Translations under genes and position numbers: made by a program
Notes under the pieces: generated by a model
The model's input: the letters and a program-made list of their open reading frames with translations, nothing else
Database searches by the model: none
Told to the model about the DNA's origin: nothing
Assembly (NCBI GenBank): GCA_965263355.1
Contig: CBDHHL010000027.1
Location: 1 to 26,006 of the forward strand
Source: Leptolyngbyaceae cyanobacterium
Lineage (GTDB): Bacteria; Cyanobacteriota; Cyanobacteriia; Phormidesmidales; Phormidesmidaceae
Direction: 5' to 3'
DNA: 26,006 nucleotides
Shown: positions 25,596-26,006 of the stretch, one piece after another
Numbering within the stretch: position 1 is the stretch's first letter
How the letters are laid out: each line of letters opens with the position of its first letter

Positions 25596-25862
25596 TTACT
25601 TTTTACGATTACCTGTGGCATTAGAAAATTTCGCTTTCTTGCCAGTGGAATGGTTAACCCAAAAATAACGGCTGAACAAGTCCCAGCCCCCGATAGCAAA
25701 CCCGTCCTGTAAAATTCCATCATCTGAATAAGCAGGCTTGCCTAGTTCAGCCAAAGCCCATGTGTTGATAGATTTTTGAGCTGGAATACTGATACGCCGA
25801 TCCCGGCGAAGAACTTCGCTGGCCTTGTTCAGCGCGATCGCTTTTGCTAATTGATTAAACAT
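25596..25862 (-). CDS. Hypothetical protein
   Basis: Convergent minus-strand ORF. Confidence 0.5.
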   Translation of the reverse strand: MFNQLAKAIALNKASEVLRRDRRISIPAQKSINTWALAELGKPAYSDDGILQDGFAIGGWDLFSRYFWVNHSTGKKAKFSNATGNRKK

Positions 25863-26006
25863 CAGTAGTAGTTAATGCACGACTGTTAAAGCATTCACAA
25901 TTTTGGCAGCAACATCCGGATTTGTATTTTGCGTAACAATTATTACCAGTGCTAAAATCAAAAAACTAGGCTAATATCCAAACAACGCCGTAAATTACTA
26001 TCTGCA

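Larger units (their letters stand above)
323..25841. repeat. Dispersed HIP1 octamers (GCGATCGC)
   Basis: Seen at 323, 5915, 11487, 11515, 13453, 14592, 18542, 19819, 20759, 22752, 24883 and 25834; fewer than one expected by chance. Confidence 0.9.

Noticed and set aside
25431..25723. ORFs 25431..25712 (+) and 25436..25723 (-)
   Set aside because: Mutually overlapping and overlapping neighbours, with no motif to choose between them.
1..26006. tRNA, rRNA, integrase/att sites, virion structural genes
   Set aside because: None recognisable by eye, so phage versus plasmid cannot be decided from this window.

Overview
A 26-kb, gene-dense segment of a mobile replicon (prophage, phage-plasmid or plasmid) from a cyanobacterial host: 12 HIP1 GCGATCGC octamers were counted by eye. 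No capsid, tail, terminase, integrase or relaxase gene is recognisable in the window. The left half is a replication module. It contains a Dam-like methylase, a DUF3854/D5-type primase-helicase, an ~880-bp putative origin with nested repeats and a strand-skew flip, a Dda/RecD-like helicase, a KilA-N protein, a DNA polymerase gamma-like protein and a 5'-3' exonuclease. The middle holds two OMEGA (IscB/IsrB) loci: an apparently intact IsrB element, and an orphan IscB-type omega-RNA in front of a chimeric ORF. A three-operator promoter driving a candidate ncRNA follows. The right half is a membrane protein/P-loop ATPase cluster with a nuclease-TM-SH3 fusion. The strongest novelty candidates are: (1) a Pol gamma homologue with an intact proofreading exonuclease but a collapsed, apparently inactive polymerase domain; (2) a KilA-N protein carrying a copy of the primase's own C-terminal winged-helix domain; (3) the orphan omega-RNA locus. 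All family assignments come from motif recognition by eye, not from database searches.
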